A DNA stretch of 64,000 bases from a bacterium. Lineage in GTDB: Bacteria > Zhuqueibacterota > Zhuqueibacteria > Residuimicrobiales > Krinioviventaceae. Positions 18,482-29,722 of this stretch are shown here, piece by piece. Both the position numbers and the translations under genes were made by a program. The stretch's first letter is position 1, and the number at the start of each line of letters is the position of its first letter. Below the pieces are notes generated by a model. It searched no databases. It was not told the DNA's origin and saw only the letters and a program-made list of their open reading frames with translations. Where the stretch lies: positions 5,056,001 through 5,120,000 of the forward strand of contig OY843751.1 in the NCBI GenBank assembly GCA_963693055.1, read 5' to 3'.

Positions 18482-20701
18482 ATGATCAATTATGACAAAA
18501 TATTTCAGACATTCATTGATAAAATGAATGATGGTATCATTCAAGTCGATAAAAATCTGAATATTGTCTATTGTAATCCCAAAGTATGCGAACTCTTGGG
18601 CCAATCCTTTGAACACCTTCATCACAATTTGTTGCTTGACTTTCTAAGTCCCCAAAACCGCGAAATTGTTGAAAAACAATTTGAACTGCGTGAACAAGGT
18701 TCGCATCAATCCTATGAACTAGAATTCCACAAAAATGATCAAATCATTACAGCTATTCTAATTCCTCACCCAATCTATGATGAAAATAATGAATTTATTG
18801 GCAGTGTGGCTGTGCTTAATGATATTTCAGAACGTAAGAAATTTGAACAAGCCCTGATATCAAATGAAGAAAAATATAAAGCCATATTTAATAATAATTT
18901 TCAATTTACCAGTTTATTGGACCCCAAAGGTATATTGCTGGACGCAAACCAAATAGCACTCGACTTTATTGGCAAAGAAAAAAAAGATGTAATAAATCAG
19001 TATTTTTGGGACACTCCCTGGTGGTCTCATGATAAACATATCCAACAAGACCTGAGAAACGCTATTCAACATGCGTTAACCGGTGAAATTGTACATTTTG
19101 AAACCTATCATATCAATGCACAGGGTGAAAAGCGGTACTTTGATATTACGCTAAAACCGGTTATAGATTCCAACAACGAAATCATTTACATTGTACCTGA
19201 AAGCCATGATTTTACTGATAGGCGCAATATTACAAAATCACTTTACGAAAATAAGAAACGTTATCAACTTTTGTTTGAAATGGCAAGTGTGGGAATCATC
19301 ATTCTCAGAGAAGGAAGCTTTTTTGATTGTAATAAAAAAACCATGGAATTGTTTGAAGCTGAATCCAGCAGATATTTTGTAGATAAAAGTCCCGAAGAAT
19401 TATCACCAGAAAAACAAAAAGATGGTTGTTATTCTAATATAAAAGCACAAGAGTATCTAAAAGCAGCACTTGAGGGTACACCACAGGATTTTGAATGGAT
19501 CTTTTTAAAAGAAAGCGGCAAAGAATTTATTGCAAGAGTAAGGCTTGACCTTATTGTAATCAATGAAACACGCTTTATTCAGGGATTTGTTACAGATATC
19601 ACTGAAATAAAAAAAGCCGAGCAAGCCCTGTTGGAAAGTGAAGAGAAATATCGCACACTGGTTGAGCTTGCGAATGACGGCGTTGTCATTGTACAGGATG
19701 GTTTGTTAAAATTTATCAACTCAAGATTTCTAAAAATGCTAGGCTATTCTTTTCAACAAGCTATCAATCATCCGCTTGAACAATTTATTCACCCGGACGA
19801 CCGCTCTCATGTTTTTGAATATTATAAGAAAAGAATGAAGGGCGAAATTTCTACAAATATGTACAATTTTAGAATCATAACCAAAGATAACCGGGTAATT
19901 ACAATTGAAGCAAACATAATGAGAATAATTTATCAGGGCAAACCCGCAAGTTTTGGTTTTATACGAGATGTTACTGAACGATTAAAACTACAGGAAAAAC
20001 TTGCGTTTTCAGAAAAAATGTCTACCATTGGTGAACTTTCAAGAAAAGTAGCTCATGAAATTGGTAACCCGCTTTCCTCAATTTTACATTCAGCCAGTGA
20101 ATTAAATGATTCCGTATTGCTTGCCGGTGATGAAAAAATATTAATGGATATCATACTCAAAGAAACCAAACGTTTAGATGAAATCATAAAAAACTTTTTA
20201 AAATTCAGCAGACCCCGGCAGCCCGAATACAAAACTGTTAATCTTGCCTCAATCGTTAACGAGTTATACCTCGTATTTCAGAATGATCAAACCTTTAAAG
20301 AAAAAAATATTGTATTAGAAAAAACAATAGAACAAGATCTGCCAGAAATTACAGCAGACCCCAATATGATCAAAGAAGTACTCTGGAACATATTTTTAAA
20401 CGCCAGAGATGCAATAGAAACAAATGGAAACATATCCCTTTCTCTTTTTTCACTCTTGCATGAAAATGCCAGTTCTATCCAAATGATCATAAAAGATAAT
20501 GGCAAAGGTATTCCCAAAGAGAACATAAACATCATATTTGAACCTTATTTTACTTCAAAATTTACCGGTTCAGGGTTGGGGCTTGCAACAGTTAAAAAAA
20601 ATATTTCCGAACATGATGGAAGCATTTCTGTAAAATCTACAATAGGTAAAGGTACCGAATTCAACATCATTCTACCCGTTGAGAGGAGCATTGAAAAGTG
20701 A
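18482..20701 (+). CDS. Cytoplasmic multi-PAS sensor histidine kinase
   Basis: Four PAS/PAC repeats ending DISERK / DFTDRR / DITEIK / DVTERL; H-box VAHEIGNP; N, DNGKGI, FEPYFTSK and GSGLGL boxes. Confidence 0.92.
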   Translation: MINYDKIFQTFIDKMNDGIIQVDKNLNIVYCNPKVCELLGQSFEHLHHNLLLDFLSPQNREIVEKQFELREQGSHQSYELEFHKNDQIITAILIPHPIYDENNEFIGSVAVLNDISERKKFEQALISNEEKYKAIFNNNFQFTSLLDPKGILLDANQIALDFIGKEKKDVINQYFWDTPWWSHDKHIQQDLRNAIQHALTGEIVHFETYHINAQGEKRYFDITLKPVIDSNNEIIYIVPESHDFTDRRNITKSLYENKKRYQLLFEMASVGIIILREGSFFDCNKKTMELFEAESSRYFVDKSPEELSPEKQKDGCYSNIKAQEYLKAALEGTPQDFEWIFLKESGKEFIARVRLDLIVINETRFIQGFVTDITEIKKAEQALLESEEKYRTLVELANDGVVIVQDGLLKFINSRFLKMLGYSFQQAINHPLEQFIHPDDRSHVFEYYKKRMKGEISTNMYNFRIITKDNRVITIEANIMRIIYQGKPASFGFIRDVTERLKLQEKLAFSEKMSTIGELSRKVAHEIGNPLSSILHSASELNDSVLLAGDEKILMDIILKETKRLDEIIKNFLKFSRPRQPEYKTVNLASIVNELYLVFQNDQTFKEKNIVLEKTIEQDLPEITADPNMIKEVLWNIFLNARDAIETNGNISLSLFSLLHENASSIQMIIKDNGKGIPKENINIIFEPYFTSKFTGSGLGLATVKKNISEHDGSISVKSTIGKGTEFNIILPVERSIEK

Positions 20702-22044
20702 AAAGCATTCTAATAATAGATGATAATGACAGCTTTAGAAAAGTATTATCAATGCGACTGGGAAAACGGGGATTCAGAGTCAAAGACGTTGCTGAAAGTA
20801 TTAAAGGTCTTGAGCTAATTACAAAAGAATTTTTTGACATCATTATCACAGATCTTGTTATGAATGACAAAGACGGTATTCAGGTCATTCATGAAGCACG
20901 AGTATCAAGCCCAGCATCAATAATCATTCTTATAACCGCTTATGGTTCAGTTGACACGGCCGTTCAAGCTATCAAAGCTGGTGCATATGATTATATAACC
21001 AAAGAATCAAACCTTGATGAAATTCTTTTGGTCATTGACAGAGCAATGGAAAAAAAATATTTGATGGATAAAATCCAGGTTCTTGAAAATCAAATTCGTG
21101 AACAATTTGATTTTGACGAGATCATTGGAAGTTCCCCCAAAATGATTCAAGTATTAAAAACCATATCAAAGGTAAGCACTACCCAGGCAACCGTACTCAT
21201 TACCGGCCAGTCAGGAACGGGTAAGGAATTGGTTGGCAAGGCAATCCATTATAACAGCCCTCGCAAAAACAAATCTCTGGTAACAATCAATTGCGGAGCA
21301 ATTCCAGAAAATCTTCAGGAAAGCGAGTTATTCGGATATAAAAAAGGCGCCTTCACCGGTGCCATTCAAGATAAAAAGGGATTAATTGAAGAAGCAGATG
21401 GCGGCACATTAATCCTTGATGAAGTTGGCGAGCTGTCTCCCACTGCACAGGTAAAATTATTGCGCTTTTTACAAAACAACGAAGTCCGCAGTGTAGGTGA
21501 TACCAAAACAACCATAGTAGACGTTCGCATTATTGCCATGACCAACCGCAATCTTGAAGAAGAAGTAAAAAACAATACTTTTCGCGAAGATTTGTTTTTC
21601 AGGTTAAATGTTGTTCCCATAATATTGCCACCACTTTCAGAAAGGCCTGGCGATATAGAGATCATGCTGGAGAGTTTTGTTAAAAAAATTGGCAAAAAAT
21701 TGCACATGACAAAATTAAACATAACCTCTGAAGCAGTCCGTCTATTAAAGATTTATCACTGGCCGGGCAACATTCGTGAATTGGAAAATGTATTGGAACG
21801 ATGTGCAATTTTGTGCAATGATGAAACTATATATCCGGATGATTTACCACTAGATATACAACAAAAAAATATCAACAATGAACCCGAGTTTACAGGTACG
21901 CATTTAACATTGCAGGAAATTGAAAAAAAATACATCCTCTCTGTTCTTGATAGTACAAACGGAAACAAATCACATGCTGCCGACATATTGCAAATTTCCA
22001 GACCCACTTTGATCAATAAATTAAAATCATACAAAATTGATTAA
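20698..22044 (+). CDS. Sigma54-dependent NtrC-family response regulator
   Basis: Receiver (IIDD..TD..K), GQSGTGKE, GAFTGA, WPGNIREL, Fis-type HTH; GTGA overlap with the kinase gene. Confidence 0.93.
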   Translation: MKSILIIDDNDSFRKVLSMRLGKRGFRVKDVAESIKGLELITKEFFDIIITDLVMNDKDGIQVIHEARVSSPASIIILITAYGSVDTAVQAIKAGAYDYITKESNLDEILLVIDRAMEKKYLMDKIQVLENQIREQFDFDEIIGSSPKMIQVLKTISKVSTTQATVLITGQSGTGKELVGKAIHYNSPRKNKSLVTINCGAIPENLQESELFGYKKGAFTGAIQDKKGLIEEADGGTLILDEVGELSPTAQVKLLRFLQNNEVRSVGDTKTTIVDVRIIAMTNRNLEEEVKNNTFREDLFFRLNVVPIILPPLSERPGDIEIMLESFVKKIGKKLHMTKLNITSEAVRLLKIYHWPGNIRELENVLERCAILCNDETIYPDDLPLDIQQKNINNEPEFTGTHLTLQEIEKKYILSVLDSTNGNKSHAADILQISRPTLINKLKSYKID

Positions 22045-22069
22045 TTCTTTTACACCTGCTCTTAAAAAC

Positions 22070-22086
22070 TGTAAAATTTTTTTACA
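22070..22086. promoter_or_regulatory. Putative enhancer-binding protein UAS (TGT-N11-ACA)
   Basis: TGTAAAATTTTTTTACA near-palindrome about 100 bp upstream of a sigma54 -24/-12 element. Confidence 0.55.
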
Positions 22087-22181
22087 GCATTTTTCTTCTT
22101 AAATTAAAACCCATTCTCAAGCGAGGACGCAAAAACAACAAAAACAAGGTCTTACAAATAAAACAAATTTTAGTAAATTTT

Positions 22182-22197
22182 TGGTACAACCTTTGCT
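22182..22197 (+). promoter_or_regulatory. Sigma54 (-24/-12) promoter
   Basis: TGGTAC-AACCT-TTGCT matches TGGCAC-N5-TTGC, 33 bp before the receiver-protein ATG. Confidence 0.75.
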
Positions 22198-22229
22198 TGT
22201 ACTAGTAATAAAAAAGCAAAGAAAACGAG

Positions 22230-22559
22230 ATGAAAAATATACTAATAATAGATGACAATATTTCTCTTTGTGAATCAATAAAGATATCGCTAAAGAAATA
22301 TGACTATAATATTGATACAGCATATAATGGTAAAAGCGCCATTTCCAAGATTCAGGAATCTGATTATAATACCATCATCACCGATGTTTTCATGCCAGAT
22401 ATTAACGGAATAAAACTGGCCCAAGATGTCTTTAAAAAATTTCCGGATATGAAAATAATTATTATGACAGCTAAAGAATTTCCACAATTCCAGGAACCCT
22501 TTAAAAAATTACAAAAACCCTTTTCAAATTCAGAGCTTGTCAAGCTAATTGAAAATTAA
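22230..22559 (+). CDS. Single-domain response regulator (receiver)
   Basis: ILIIDD, TDVFMPDING, IMTA, KPF. Confidence 0.88.
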   Translation: MKNILIIDDNISLCESIKISLKKYDYNIDTAYNGKSAISKIQESDYNTIITDVFMPDINGIKLAQDVFKKFPDMKIIIMTAKEFPQFQEPFKKLQKPFSNSELVKLIEN

Positions 22560-22580
22560 TTGAATCCAAAAGGTAGACAA

Positions 22581-23123
22581 ATGTCAAATACAACAACAAC
22601 ATCAGATATTGTAAAAAAAGAAAACCATGCCTTATCAACACTTGAAAGAAATAACAAGGCAGAAACAAACAAATACCTGACCTTCTTTTTAAAAGAAGAA
22701 GAATATGGTATTGAAATCTCCAAAGTAATAGAAATTATTGGTGAAATGCCCATAGTTCCCATACCCAAATTACCAGATTATATTAAAGGGATCATTAACC
22801 TGCGTGGAAGAATTGTACCAGTAGTAAACCTGAGACTAAAATTGGGAATGGCTAACAAAGAAATGACCGATGAATCTGTCATTATCATTGTTAGCTCTCA
22901 CAATCGGGATATGGGCCTGATAATAGACAAAGTAACAGAAGTGCTTGACATCCGTCAAGATAATATTGATGATGCCCCTGAATTTGGTACCAGCATAGAT
23001 ACTGAATATATTGTAGGTATTGCAAAACAGGAAGACTCGATCAAGATCATTCTGGATATTGATAAAGTTATAAATTCGGAAAAGATCTCTGAATCTCTTG
23101 AAGAAAAAAGAAATAATATATAA
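22581..23123 (+). CDS. cheW: Chemotaxis coupling protein CheW
   Basis: YLTFFL..EEYGI.I..V.EII, KGIINLRG.IVPV, GLIIDKV.EV. Confidence 0.92.
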   Translation: MSNTTTTSDIVKKENHALSTLERNNKAETNKYLTFFLKEEEYGIEISKVIEIIGEMPIVPIPKLPDYIKGIINLRGRIVPVVNLRLKLGMANKEMTDESVIIIVSSHNRDMGLIIDKVTEVLDIRQDNIDDAPEFGTSIDTEYIVGIAKQEDSIKIILDIDKVINSEKISESLEEKRNNI

Positions 23124-23144
23124 AATGGTTTGGAGGAAATAACC

Positions 23145-25553
23145 ATGTTGAACAAACTCAGTCTAAAAAACAAAATTGCTCTGATTGTAGTACTTATGAT
23201 TGTTGCTCTTGTAGCAATCAGCAGTTGGGTTTCATACCAATCTGCTTATACTTCGGTCAAAGAATCGTATGTAAATCAAATTCAAAACATTAACAAATCT
23301 ATCGATCAAAAATTAACAAATTTCTATGTAACCCAGGAAAAAATTGCTACCGCTCTTGTAACAGATCGTATGATAATCGAAGGAATTAAACAGGGTGACC
23401 AGGAGAGACTCATCGAAATGCTTACTTTGGCTGATAGCCAGAGTGACATTTACGAGAATCTGTTTTTATCCACCGCAGAAGAAAACACATCCATTTTTGC
23501 GTGTCCTGAAAAACTAGTGGAATCATCAATTGATTTAAAATGGCATGATACAGGTTTTAATGAAAATATCAAAAAAGCACTTCAAGGGCAATCTCATCTG
23601 AGTAGTGTGGGTGTTTCACCTGCAACGGGTCTTATTGTTCAGGTCTATACTGTACCAGTCAAAGAAAATGGAAAAGTAATTGCTATTCTGGGCATGCCCT
23701 TTGATTTAGGTTCATTTTCAAAAAGTATCGTACAAAATATAAAGATTGGCTCTACCGGGTATCCTTTTATTACTGATCTTCAAGGAATATCATATGCTCA
23801 TCCTGATGAAAAACAAATCATGAAACTTGATATCAAAGAATATGATTGGGGAAAACAAATACTTGATTTACCATCAGGCTCTGTCCTGGAATACAAATGG
23901 CAGGGCAAAAAAAAGATATTGTCTTTTCTCAAAAACGAAAAATACCATTATATCTGCGCTAGCTCATTATATGATGATGACATGAAAGCAAGTGCAGCCT
24001 CAGTTGTACGCATCCTGGTTATTACTGGCGTATTCATCATTATTGTTGCAGGCGTACTTATCTTTTTATTCCTTCGCAAAAGCCTCAAACCGCTTGATAC
24101 TACTGTTGAAGCCGCCAATAAACTTGCGGAAGGCGATATTAATGTTTCAGTAGATCTTAGTCGCCAGGATGAAATAGGTCAAATGTTAAAAGCCTTTGAT
24201 AAAATGATTCAAAGCCTTAAATCAAAAGCGGAAACCGCAGCAGAAATTGCAAAAGGCAACCTGGATGTCGATGTACAGGCAGTATCTACCAAAGATGTTT
24301 TGGGCAATGCAATGGTAGCTCTAAAAGAAAACGTAACCGCAATGGTTCAGGATGTAAATAACCTTGCAACAGCAGCTGTTAACGGAAACCTTTCCGTACG
24401 CGCAAATGCGGAAAATCATCAAGGTCAATTCCGCAATATCGTCTTGGGTATTAATGGCACATTAGACGGTGTCATGGGCCCCATTAACGAAGCATCAATT
24501 ATCCTTGAAAAACTGGCAAATCGTGATCTTAGTAGTCGAATGGAAGGCGACTATAAAGGTGACCATGCCAAGATCAAGAACTCTTTAAACACAGCACTCG
24601 AAAATCTCGATGCCAGCATCCAACAGGTTTTTTCCGGTGCTGAACAGGTTGCATCTGCCTCAAATCAAATCAGCGATGGCAGTCAGCAAATGGCACAATC
24701 CGCAACAGAACAAGCGGGCAATCTGGAAGAAATTTCCAGCAATCTTCAAGAAATCACGTCCATGTCATTGCAGAATTCAAGCAATGCCAAAGAAGCAAAA
24801 AGTATGACAGACAATTCTCGTGAAAGTGCTAAAAAAGGTGTAGAAAGCATGGGCCGTTTGTCAAGTGCAATTGACAAGATTAAAACATCATCTGACGAAA
24901 CCAGTAAAATTGTTAAAACGATTGATGAAATTGCATTCCAGACCAATCTGCTTGCGCTGAATGCCGCAGTTGAAGCCGCAAGGGCAGGTGAAGCTGGTAA
25001 AGGTTTTGCTGTAGTTGCTGAAGAAGTACGAAACCTGGCAATACGAAGCGCGGAAGCTGCAAAATCTACCGCTGATCTCATTCAGGAATCTGTAAGCAAT
25101 GCTCAGGAAGGTGTAATGCACAATCAGGAAGTAATGGAAAACCTGAACATCATCAATGACCAAGTCATTAAAATTGGTGAGATCATGGGTGAAGTTGCAG
25201 CAGGATCAGATCAACAGCGTGGCGGTGTTGAACAGGTAAATATGGCTATTGAACAAATGAACAAGATTACCCAGCAAAACGCTGCAAACTCGGAAGAATC
25301 TGCAAGTGCTTCTGAAGAACTCTCGAGCCAGGCTGAAGAAATGCGGTCACTTACTTCTAAATTCAAAGTATCCGGCATGATTTCACGTTCCAGTATCAGA
25401 TCAAATATTGATTATACTCAAACCAAACGTGAAAACGGGTACAGCAATGGCTCAAGCTCAAATGGTAATGGCATAGATTTATCAGCTGAAGAACTGATAC
25501 CTTTTGACGACTCTGACAATAAGAATGACAACTTTGTTTTAAAAGAATTTTAA
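23145..25553 (+). CDS. Methyl-accepting chemotaxis protein 1 (dCache, HAMPs, signalling domain)
   Basis: Two TMs flanking a Cache-like domain (GYPFI..GI..AHPD); DEIG HAMP; [34 protein letters not shown]; GGAGG RBS. Confidence 0.95.
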   Translation: MLNKLSLKNKIALIVVLMIVALVAISSWVSYQSAYTSVKESYVNQIQNINKSIDQKLTNFYVTQEKIATALVTDRMIIEGIKQGDQERLIEMLTLADSQSDIYENLFLSTAEENTSIFACPEKLVESSIDLKWHDTGFNENIKKALQGQSHLSSVGVSPATGLIVQVYTVPVKENGKVIAILGMPFDLGSFSKSIVQNIKIGSTGYPFITDLQGISYAHPDEKQIMKLDIKEYDWGKQILDLPSGSVLEYKWQGKKKILSFLKNEKYHYICASSLYDDDMKASAASVVRILVITGVFIIIVAGVLIFLFLRKSLKPLDTTVEAANKLAEGDINVSVDLSRQDEIGQMLKAFDKMIQSLKSKAETAAEIAKGNLDVDVQAVSTKDVLGNAMVALKENVTAMVQDVNNLATAAVNGNLSVRANAENHQGQFRNIVLGINGTLDGVMGPINEASIILEKLANRDLSSRMEGDYKGDHAKIKNSLNTALENLDASIQQVFSGAEQVASASNQISDGSQQMAQSATEQAGNLEEISSNLQEITSMSLQNSSNAKEAKSMTDNSRESAKKGVESMGRLSSAIDKIKTSSDETSKIVKTIDEIAFQTNLLALNAAVEAARAGEAGKGFAVVAEEVRNLAIRSAEAAKSTADLIQESVSNAQEGVMHNQEVMENLNIINDQVIKIGEIMGEVAAGSDQQRGGVEQVNMAIEQMNKITQQNAANSEESASASEELSSQAEEMRSLTSKFKVSGMISRSSIRSNIDYTQTKRENGYSNGSSSNGNGIDLSAEELIPFDDSDNKNDNFVLKEF

Positions 25554-25573
25554 AACCCCTCAATTCCCCCTCA

Positions 25574-25622
25574 AAAGCCTCTGTAATCCTGTAATTTTGG
25601 ATTACAGAGGCTTTCCTTTTTT
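25574..25622 (+). terminator. Rho-independent terminator
   Basis: AAAGCCTCTGTAATCC / GGATTACAGAGGCTTT 16-bp stem followed by a T run. Confidence 0.8.
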
Positions 25623-25726
25623 ATATAAAAACTCAACATAATAATATTTTTTCTTTCACAATTTTCATTTTTTTACATAACAAAAAATATTTTAATTTTT
25701 AGCCATATTTGTCATTTTAAATACAA

Positions 25727-25742
25727 TGGTACAAAATTTGTT
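25727..25742 (+). promoter_or_regulatory. Sigma54-like promoter upstream of MCP2
   Basis: TGGTAC-AAAAT-TTGTT; same TGGTAC -24 box as at 22182, imperfect -12. Confidence 0.5.
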
Positions 25743-25798
25743 ACATATGTCACGAATTAATGAAACAGGTTGTATTTCATATCTTAAATAACCTTACT

Positions 25799-25835
25799 GC
25801 AGTATTTCACTCGTAGCAGTATTTCACTCGTAGCA
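25799..25835. repeat. Exact 17-bp tandem duplication
   Basis: GCAGTATTTCACTCGTA x2, then GCA. Confidence 0.9.
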
Positions 25836-25919
25836 TTAGTTCTAAATTTCAACAAAACAACAATTTCAAAATTTCACATGTCAGTGTCTAGAGCACAATC
25901 AACATGAAAGGATAACATT

Positions 25920-28316
25920 TTGAACTTAAAAAACAAGAGTTTAAAGAACAGAATCTCATTTATAGTCTTGTCTTTAATTCTACTTTTAGTAACTCTCAGT
26001 AGTATCGTTGCATTTAAAACTTCACACCAGGCTGTTAAAGCTTCATATGTAAATCAAATGCAAAATATCAACAAAACGCTTGATAAACAATTGGATAATT
26101 TTTACACAGAACAGATAAATATTGCCAATTCTTTAACTACTAATCAGGATATGATTACAGCTATTATTAATAACGATACAATTGAAGCGAACAAGGTCCT
26201 ATCTATTGTTTGTGATCAAACCAATATTTATGAAGGTTTCTTCATTTCCACTCCGGAAAATAATACAGAAATTTTGTATGCGGCAAGCAAAATGCCTCAT
26301 TTAATGGGCCTAAAGTGGGCAAATACAGGTTTTGATGATAATTTAAATTCTGCTCTCAATGGCAAACAACTTTTAAGTGACATTGGCGTCTCTCCTGCAA
26401 CAGGAAGAGCTGTTCAGTTATTGACCACACCCATCAAGAATAATGGACAGGTAATTGGAATTTTAGGAATGTCTATTGACATTGGTACCTTTTCATACAG
26501 TACAGTCAAAGATATAACCATTGGCACCAACGGTTATGCTGCCGTCTTAACCTTTGAGGGTATTGTCTTTGCTCATCCCGATGAAAAACTGGTTATGAAA
26601 GTAGATTTTAGCAAATACGATTTTGGCAAAAAAACAATTGAAATGCCTTCCGGTAGTGTTATTGAATACAAATTTCAGGGCGAGGCCAAAATAGTTACCA
26701 CCATTAAAAACGAAACCTATAAATATATTGCAGTAACAACCATGCCCAAGAGTGATATTATAGCCAGTGCCATTAAAATAGCCAAAATATTATCGCTATT
26801 GGGTATTATTACCTTAATTGGAAATGGAATATTTATCTTGTTGTACCTGAACAAAAGTTTAAAACCGCTGGAAACAACCGTTAACGCTGCCAACAAGTTG
26901 GCAGAAGGTGATGTTGATGTTTCCATTTCACATTCAAGCAACGATGAAATTGGACAAATGCTCAAAGCCTTTGATAAAATGGTACAAAGCATTAAAGCTA
27001 AAGCCGAAACCGCTGCTGAAATTGCTAAAGGCAATCTGGAGGTTGATGTTCAATCTATTTCAGACAAAGACGTTCTGGGCAATGCAATGGTGGCTCTCAA
27101 ACAAAATGTTACCGCCATGGTCAACGATGTAGACAATCTCGCAACCGCTGCCGTAAATGGCAACCTCTCTGTTCGTGCAAATGCAGATAATCATCAGGGA
27201 CAGTTTCGCAATATCGTTAAAGGTATTAATGGTACTCTGGATGGAATTATGGGGCCCATCAATGAAGCCTCCGACGTTCTCGAAAAACTGGCTGACAGAG
27301 ATTTGAGTATACGCATGCAAGGCGATTACAAGGGCGACCACGCCAAAATCAAAACCTCTATCAATACCGCGCTCGAAAATCTCGACGCAAGCATTCAACA
27401 GGTCTTCTCCGGTGCTGAACAGGTTGCCTCTGCATCAAATCAAATCAGCGATGGCAGTCAACAAATGGCACAATCCGCTACTGAACAGGCCGGTAATCTG
27501 GAAGAAATCTCCAGCAATCTGCAAGAGATCACATCCATGTCGCTTCAAAATACCAACAATGCCAAAGAAGCCAAAAACATGACCGATAACTCGCGCGAAA
27601 GTGCCTTAAAAGGTGTGAAGAGTATGAAACGGCTCTCCGTATCCATCGATAAAATTAAAACCTCATCCGATGAAACCAGCAAGATCGTTAAAACCATTGA
27701 CGAAATCGCTTTCCAGACCAACCTGCTCGCGCTCAATGCCGCGGTTGAAGCCGCAAGGGCCGGTGAAGCCGGAAAAGGATTTGCCGTTGTGGCAGAAGAA
27801 GTCCGCAACCTGGCAATCAGAAGCGCGGAAGCCGCTAAAACCACCACCGATCTCATCAATGAATCCGTAAGCAACGCACAGGAAGGTGTGGAACATAACA
27901 AAGAAGTTATGGAAAACCTGCAGACCATTAATGACCAGGTCATCAAGATTGGCGAAATTATGAGTGAAGTGTCAGCAGGTTCCGAACAGCAGCGTGGTGG
28001 TGTGGAACAGGTCAATATGGCAATCGACCAGATGAACAAAATCACACAACAGAATGCAGCCAATGCTGAAGAGTCTGCAAGCGCATCCGAAGAACTCTCC
28101 AGCCAGGCCGAAGAAATGCGCTCATTAACTGCTAAATTCCAGGTCTCTAGATCTTCCGCAGGGGTTCGGACTATTGCGCAATCGTCAGCTCAGCCTGCAC
28201 CGGCATACCAATCCAGCAACACAGGTAACAGTACAAGCAAATCCGCCAAAGAACTGATTCCTTTTGACGACTCTGACAATAACGCGAACGATAAATTTAT
28301 TCTGGGTGAATTTTAA
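25920..28316 (+). CDS. Methyl-accepting chemotaxis protein 2 (paralogue)
   Basis: Same architecture as MCP1; cytoplasmic part nearly identical, Cache domain diverged; TTG start with AAAGGA RBS. Confidence 0.95.
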   Translation: MNLKNKSLKNRISFIVLSLILLLVTLSSIVAFKTSHQAVKASYVNQMQNINKTLDKQLDNFYTEQINIANSLTTNQDMITAIINNDTIEANKVLSIVCDQTNIYEGFFISTPENNTEILYAASKMPHLMGLKWANTGFDDNLNSALNGKQLLSDIGVSPATGRAVQLLTTPIKNNGQVIGILGMSIDIGTFSYSTVKDITIGTNGYAAVLTFEGIVFAHPDEKLVMKVDFSKYDFGKKTIEMPSGSVIEYKFQGEAKIVTTIKNETYKYIAVTTMPKSDIIASAIKIAKILSLLGIITLIGNGIFILLYLNKSLKPLETTVNAANKLAEGDVDVSISHSSNDEIGQMLKAFDKMVQSIKAKAETAAEIAKGNLEVDVQSISDKDVLGNAMVALKQNVTAMVNDVDNLATAAVNGNLSVRANADNHQGQFRNIVKGINGTLDGIMGPINEASDVLEKLADRDLSIRMQGDYKGDHAKIKTSINTALENLDASIQQVFSGAEQVASASNQISDGSQQMAQSATEQAGNLEEISSNLQEITSMSLQNTNNAKEAKNMTDNSRESALKGVKSMKRLSVSIDKIKTSSDETSKIVKTIDEIAFQTNLLALNAAVEAARAGEAGKGFAVVAEEVRNLAIRSAEAAKTTTDLINESVSNAQEGVEHNKEVMENLQTINDQVIKIGEIMSEVSAGSEQQRGGVEQVNMAIDQMNKITQQNAANAEESASASEELSSQAEEMRSLTAKFQVSRSSAGVRTIAQSSAQPAPAYQSSNTGNSTSKSAKELIPFDDSDNNANDKFILGEF

Positions 28317-28326
28317 TAAAATTCCC

Positions 28327-28358
28327 GCCCCTGTAGTGTTTATCCTACAGGGGCTTTT
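28327..28358 (+). terminator. Rho-independent terminator
   Basis: GCCCCTGTAG-N8-CTACAGGGGC-TTTT. Confidence 0.8.
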
Positions 28359-28415
28359 ATTCCTTTTAATAATCAAAACAGATCTGTATATTTCATAAAA
28401 ACTCAAGAACTTTTT

Positions 28416-29708
28416 ATGAAACTCAAGATCGCTTTATTATCCTATATCATCATTCAACTGGTGTATATACTGTTTTTTCAATTGCCGTTTGTGGGCGACT
28501 CGTCCATGTATTACAATCTGGCACAAACGTGTATACAGCACAACTCTTTTTATCCTGCGGCACACAACTTGAATGATGCATATATTATCGCCCCTTTATA
28601 TGTGAACTATATTATCCTGTTGTTACATATTTACAACTCGCCAACAACCATTCTTATCTTTAATATTATTCTGAATCTATTGAATCTGTTGTTATTGAGA
28701 AAAATAACAGACTTTATATTTCAAAAGAAAAAATATACAGATACAATAACGGTTCTGTATTTAATATATCTGAGCAGTCTGGGTGCGGTTCTAATGAACG
28801 TTACAGAACTCTTCTTTTGCACCTTGCTGTTTGCAGGATATTATTTTATCTTGAAAAACACCAAACAAAGTCTCTTTCTTGCGGGCATTTTTACAGCATT
28901 AGCCTTTGCCACCCGCCAGGTTGCGCTTGCTCTGATTCTGACTTTTTTTCTGGTTTCTATCATTCGCAAGCAATTTTCATTTTTAAAATCAGCCCTGCTA
29001 ATCTCCGGATTCGCCGTCACCCTGTTCTTGTTCGGACTGTTCACATGGTCTCAATCCGGCAGGTTCGTCATGTCTCCCAACACAGGCGCGTTGAACATGC
29101 TCATAGGCGCGAATGATAATGCTACCGGTGCTTATAACAATATTGCATTTGAAAAAGGACATGCGGGGTACATTGAAAATTTTGATAAAACCCCCTATAC
29201 TGAAAAAGCCGATTTCTGGAAAAACCAAACCCTATCATGGATCAAAAAGAATCCTGTCAAATGGCTCATGCTTTTCCCCAAAAAAATAGCACACATGTTC
29301 ATATATGATGATTGGTCAATCCATACCCTGGTGCCCACCAATGATTGGAATCTTTATATCATTGGTAAAACCATTATAACAGAAAAGAGTATAAAACCGG
29401 TCTTTGCGGGTGAATCAACATTCTTGAAAATATCATTTATATGGATTTACACATTGCATCATCTCGTTTATTTTGCACTTTTAATTTTCATGTTTTATCA
29501 ATTCATCTATTATAAAAAACAAAATCCGCAAGTGATGTTCAGTTGTATGCATATTTATATTTTTTGTATTATAGCAACCGGCGTAATATTGCTGGCATTT
29601 GGAGCTCCCCGATACAAGCACCCCATGTTTGTACTGCTATTGATAACCATTACCCCCATGATTTCTGAATTGAAATGGCCCAATATAAAAAAAAGGGTGG
29701 TTATTTAA
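28416..29708 (+). CDS. GT-C fold integral membrane glycosyltransferase (ArnT/PMT-like)
   Basis: GDSSMYY..A loop after TM1, P.Y, TE..F, A...R, W..W I..NP, PRY.HP; about 11 TMs. Confidence 0.7.
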   Translation: MKLKIALLSYIIIQLVYILFFQLPFVGDSSMYYNLAQTCIQHNSFYPAAHNLNDAYIIAPLYVNYIILLLHIYNSPTTILIFNIILNLLNLLLLRKITDFIFQKKKYTDTITVLYLIYLSSLGAVLMNVTELFFCTLLFAGYYFILKNTKQSLFLAGIFTALAFATRQVALALILTFFLVSIIRKQFSFLKSALLISGFAVTLFLFGLFTWSQSGRFVMSPNTGALNMLIGANDNATGAYNNIAFEKGHAGYIENFDKTPYTEKADFWKNQTLSWIKKNPVKWLMLFPKKIAHMFIYDDWSIHTLVPTNDWNLYIIGKTIITEKSIKPVFAGESTFLKISFIWIYTLHHLVYFALLIFMFYQFIYYKKQNPQVMFSCMHIYIFCIIATGVILLAFGAPRYKHPMFVLLLITITPMISELKWPNIKKRVVI

Positions 29709-29722
29709 ACCACCTTTTTTTT
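29687..29722. terminator. Bidirectional terminator between convergent genes
   Basis: A-run GGTGGTT-loop-AACCACC T-run. Confidence 0.65.

Noticed and set aside
25799-25835. Possible CRISPR array
   Set aside because: Only two abutting 17-bp copies, no spacers and no cas genes.
27545-28063. Long antisense ORFs inside the MCPs and other genes
   Set aside because: Typical antisense shadows of highly conserved coding sequence.
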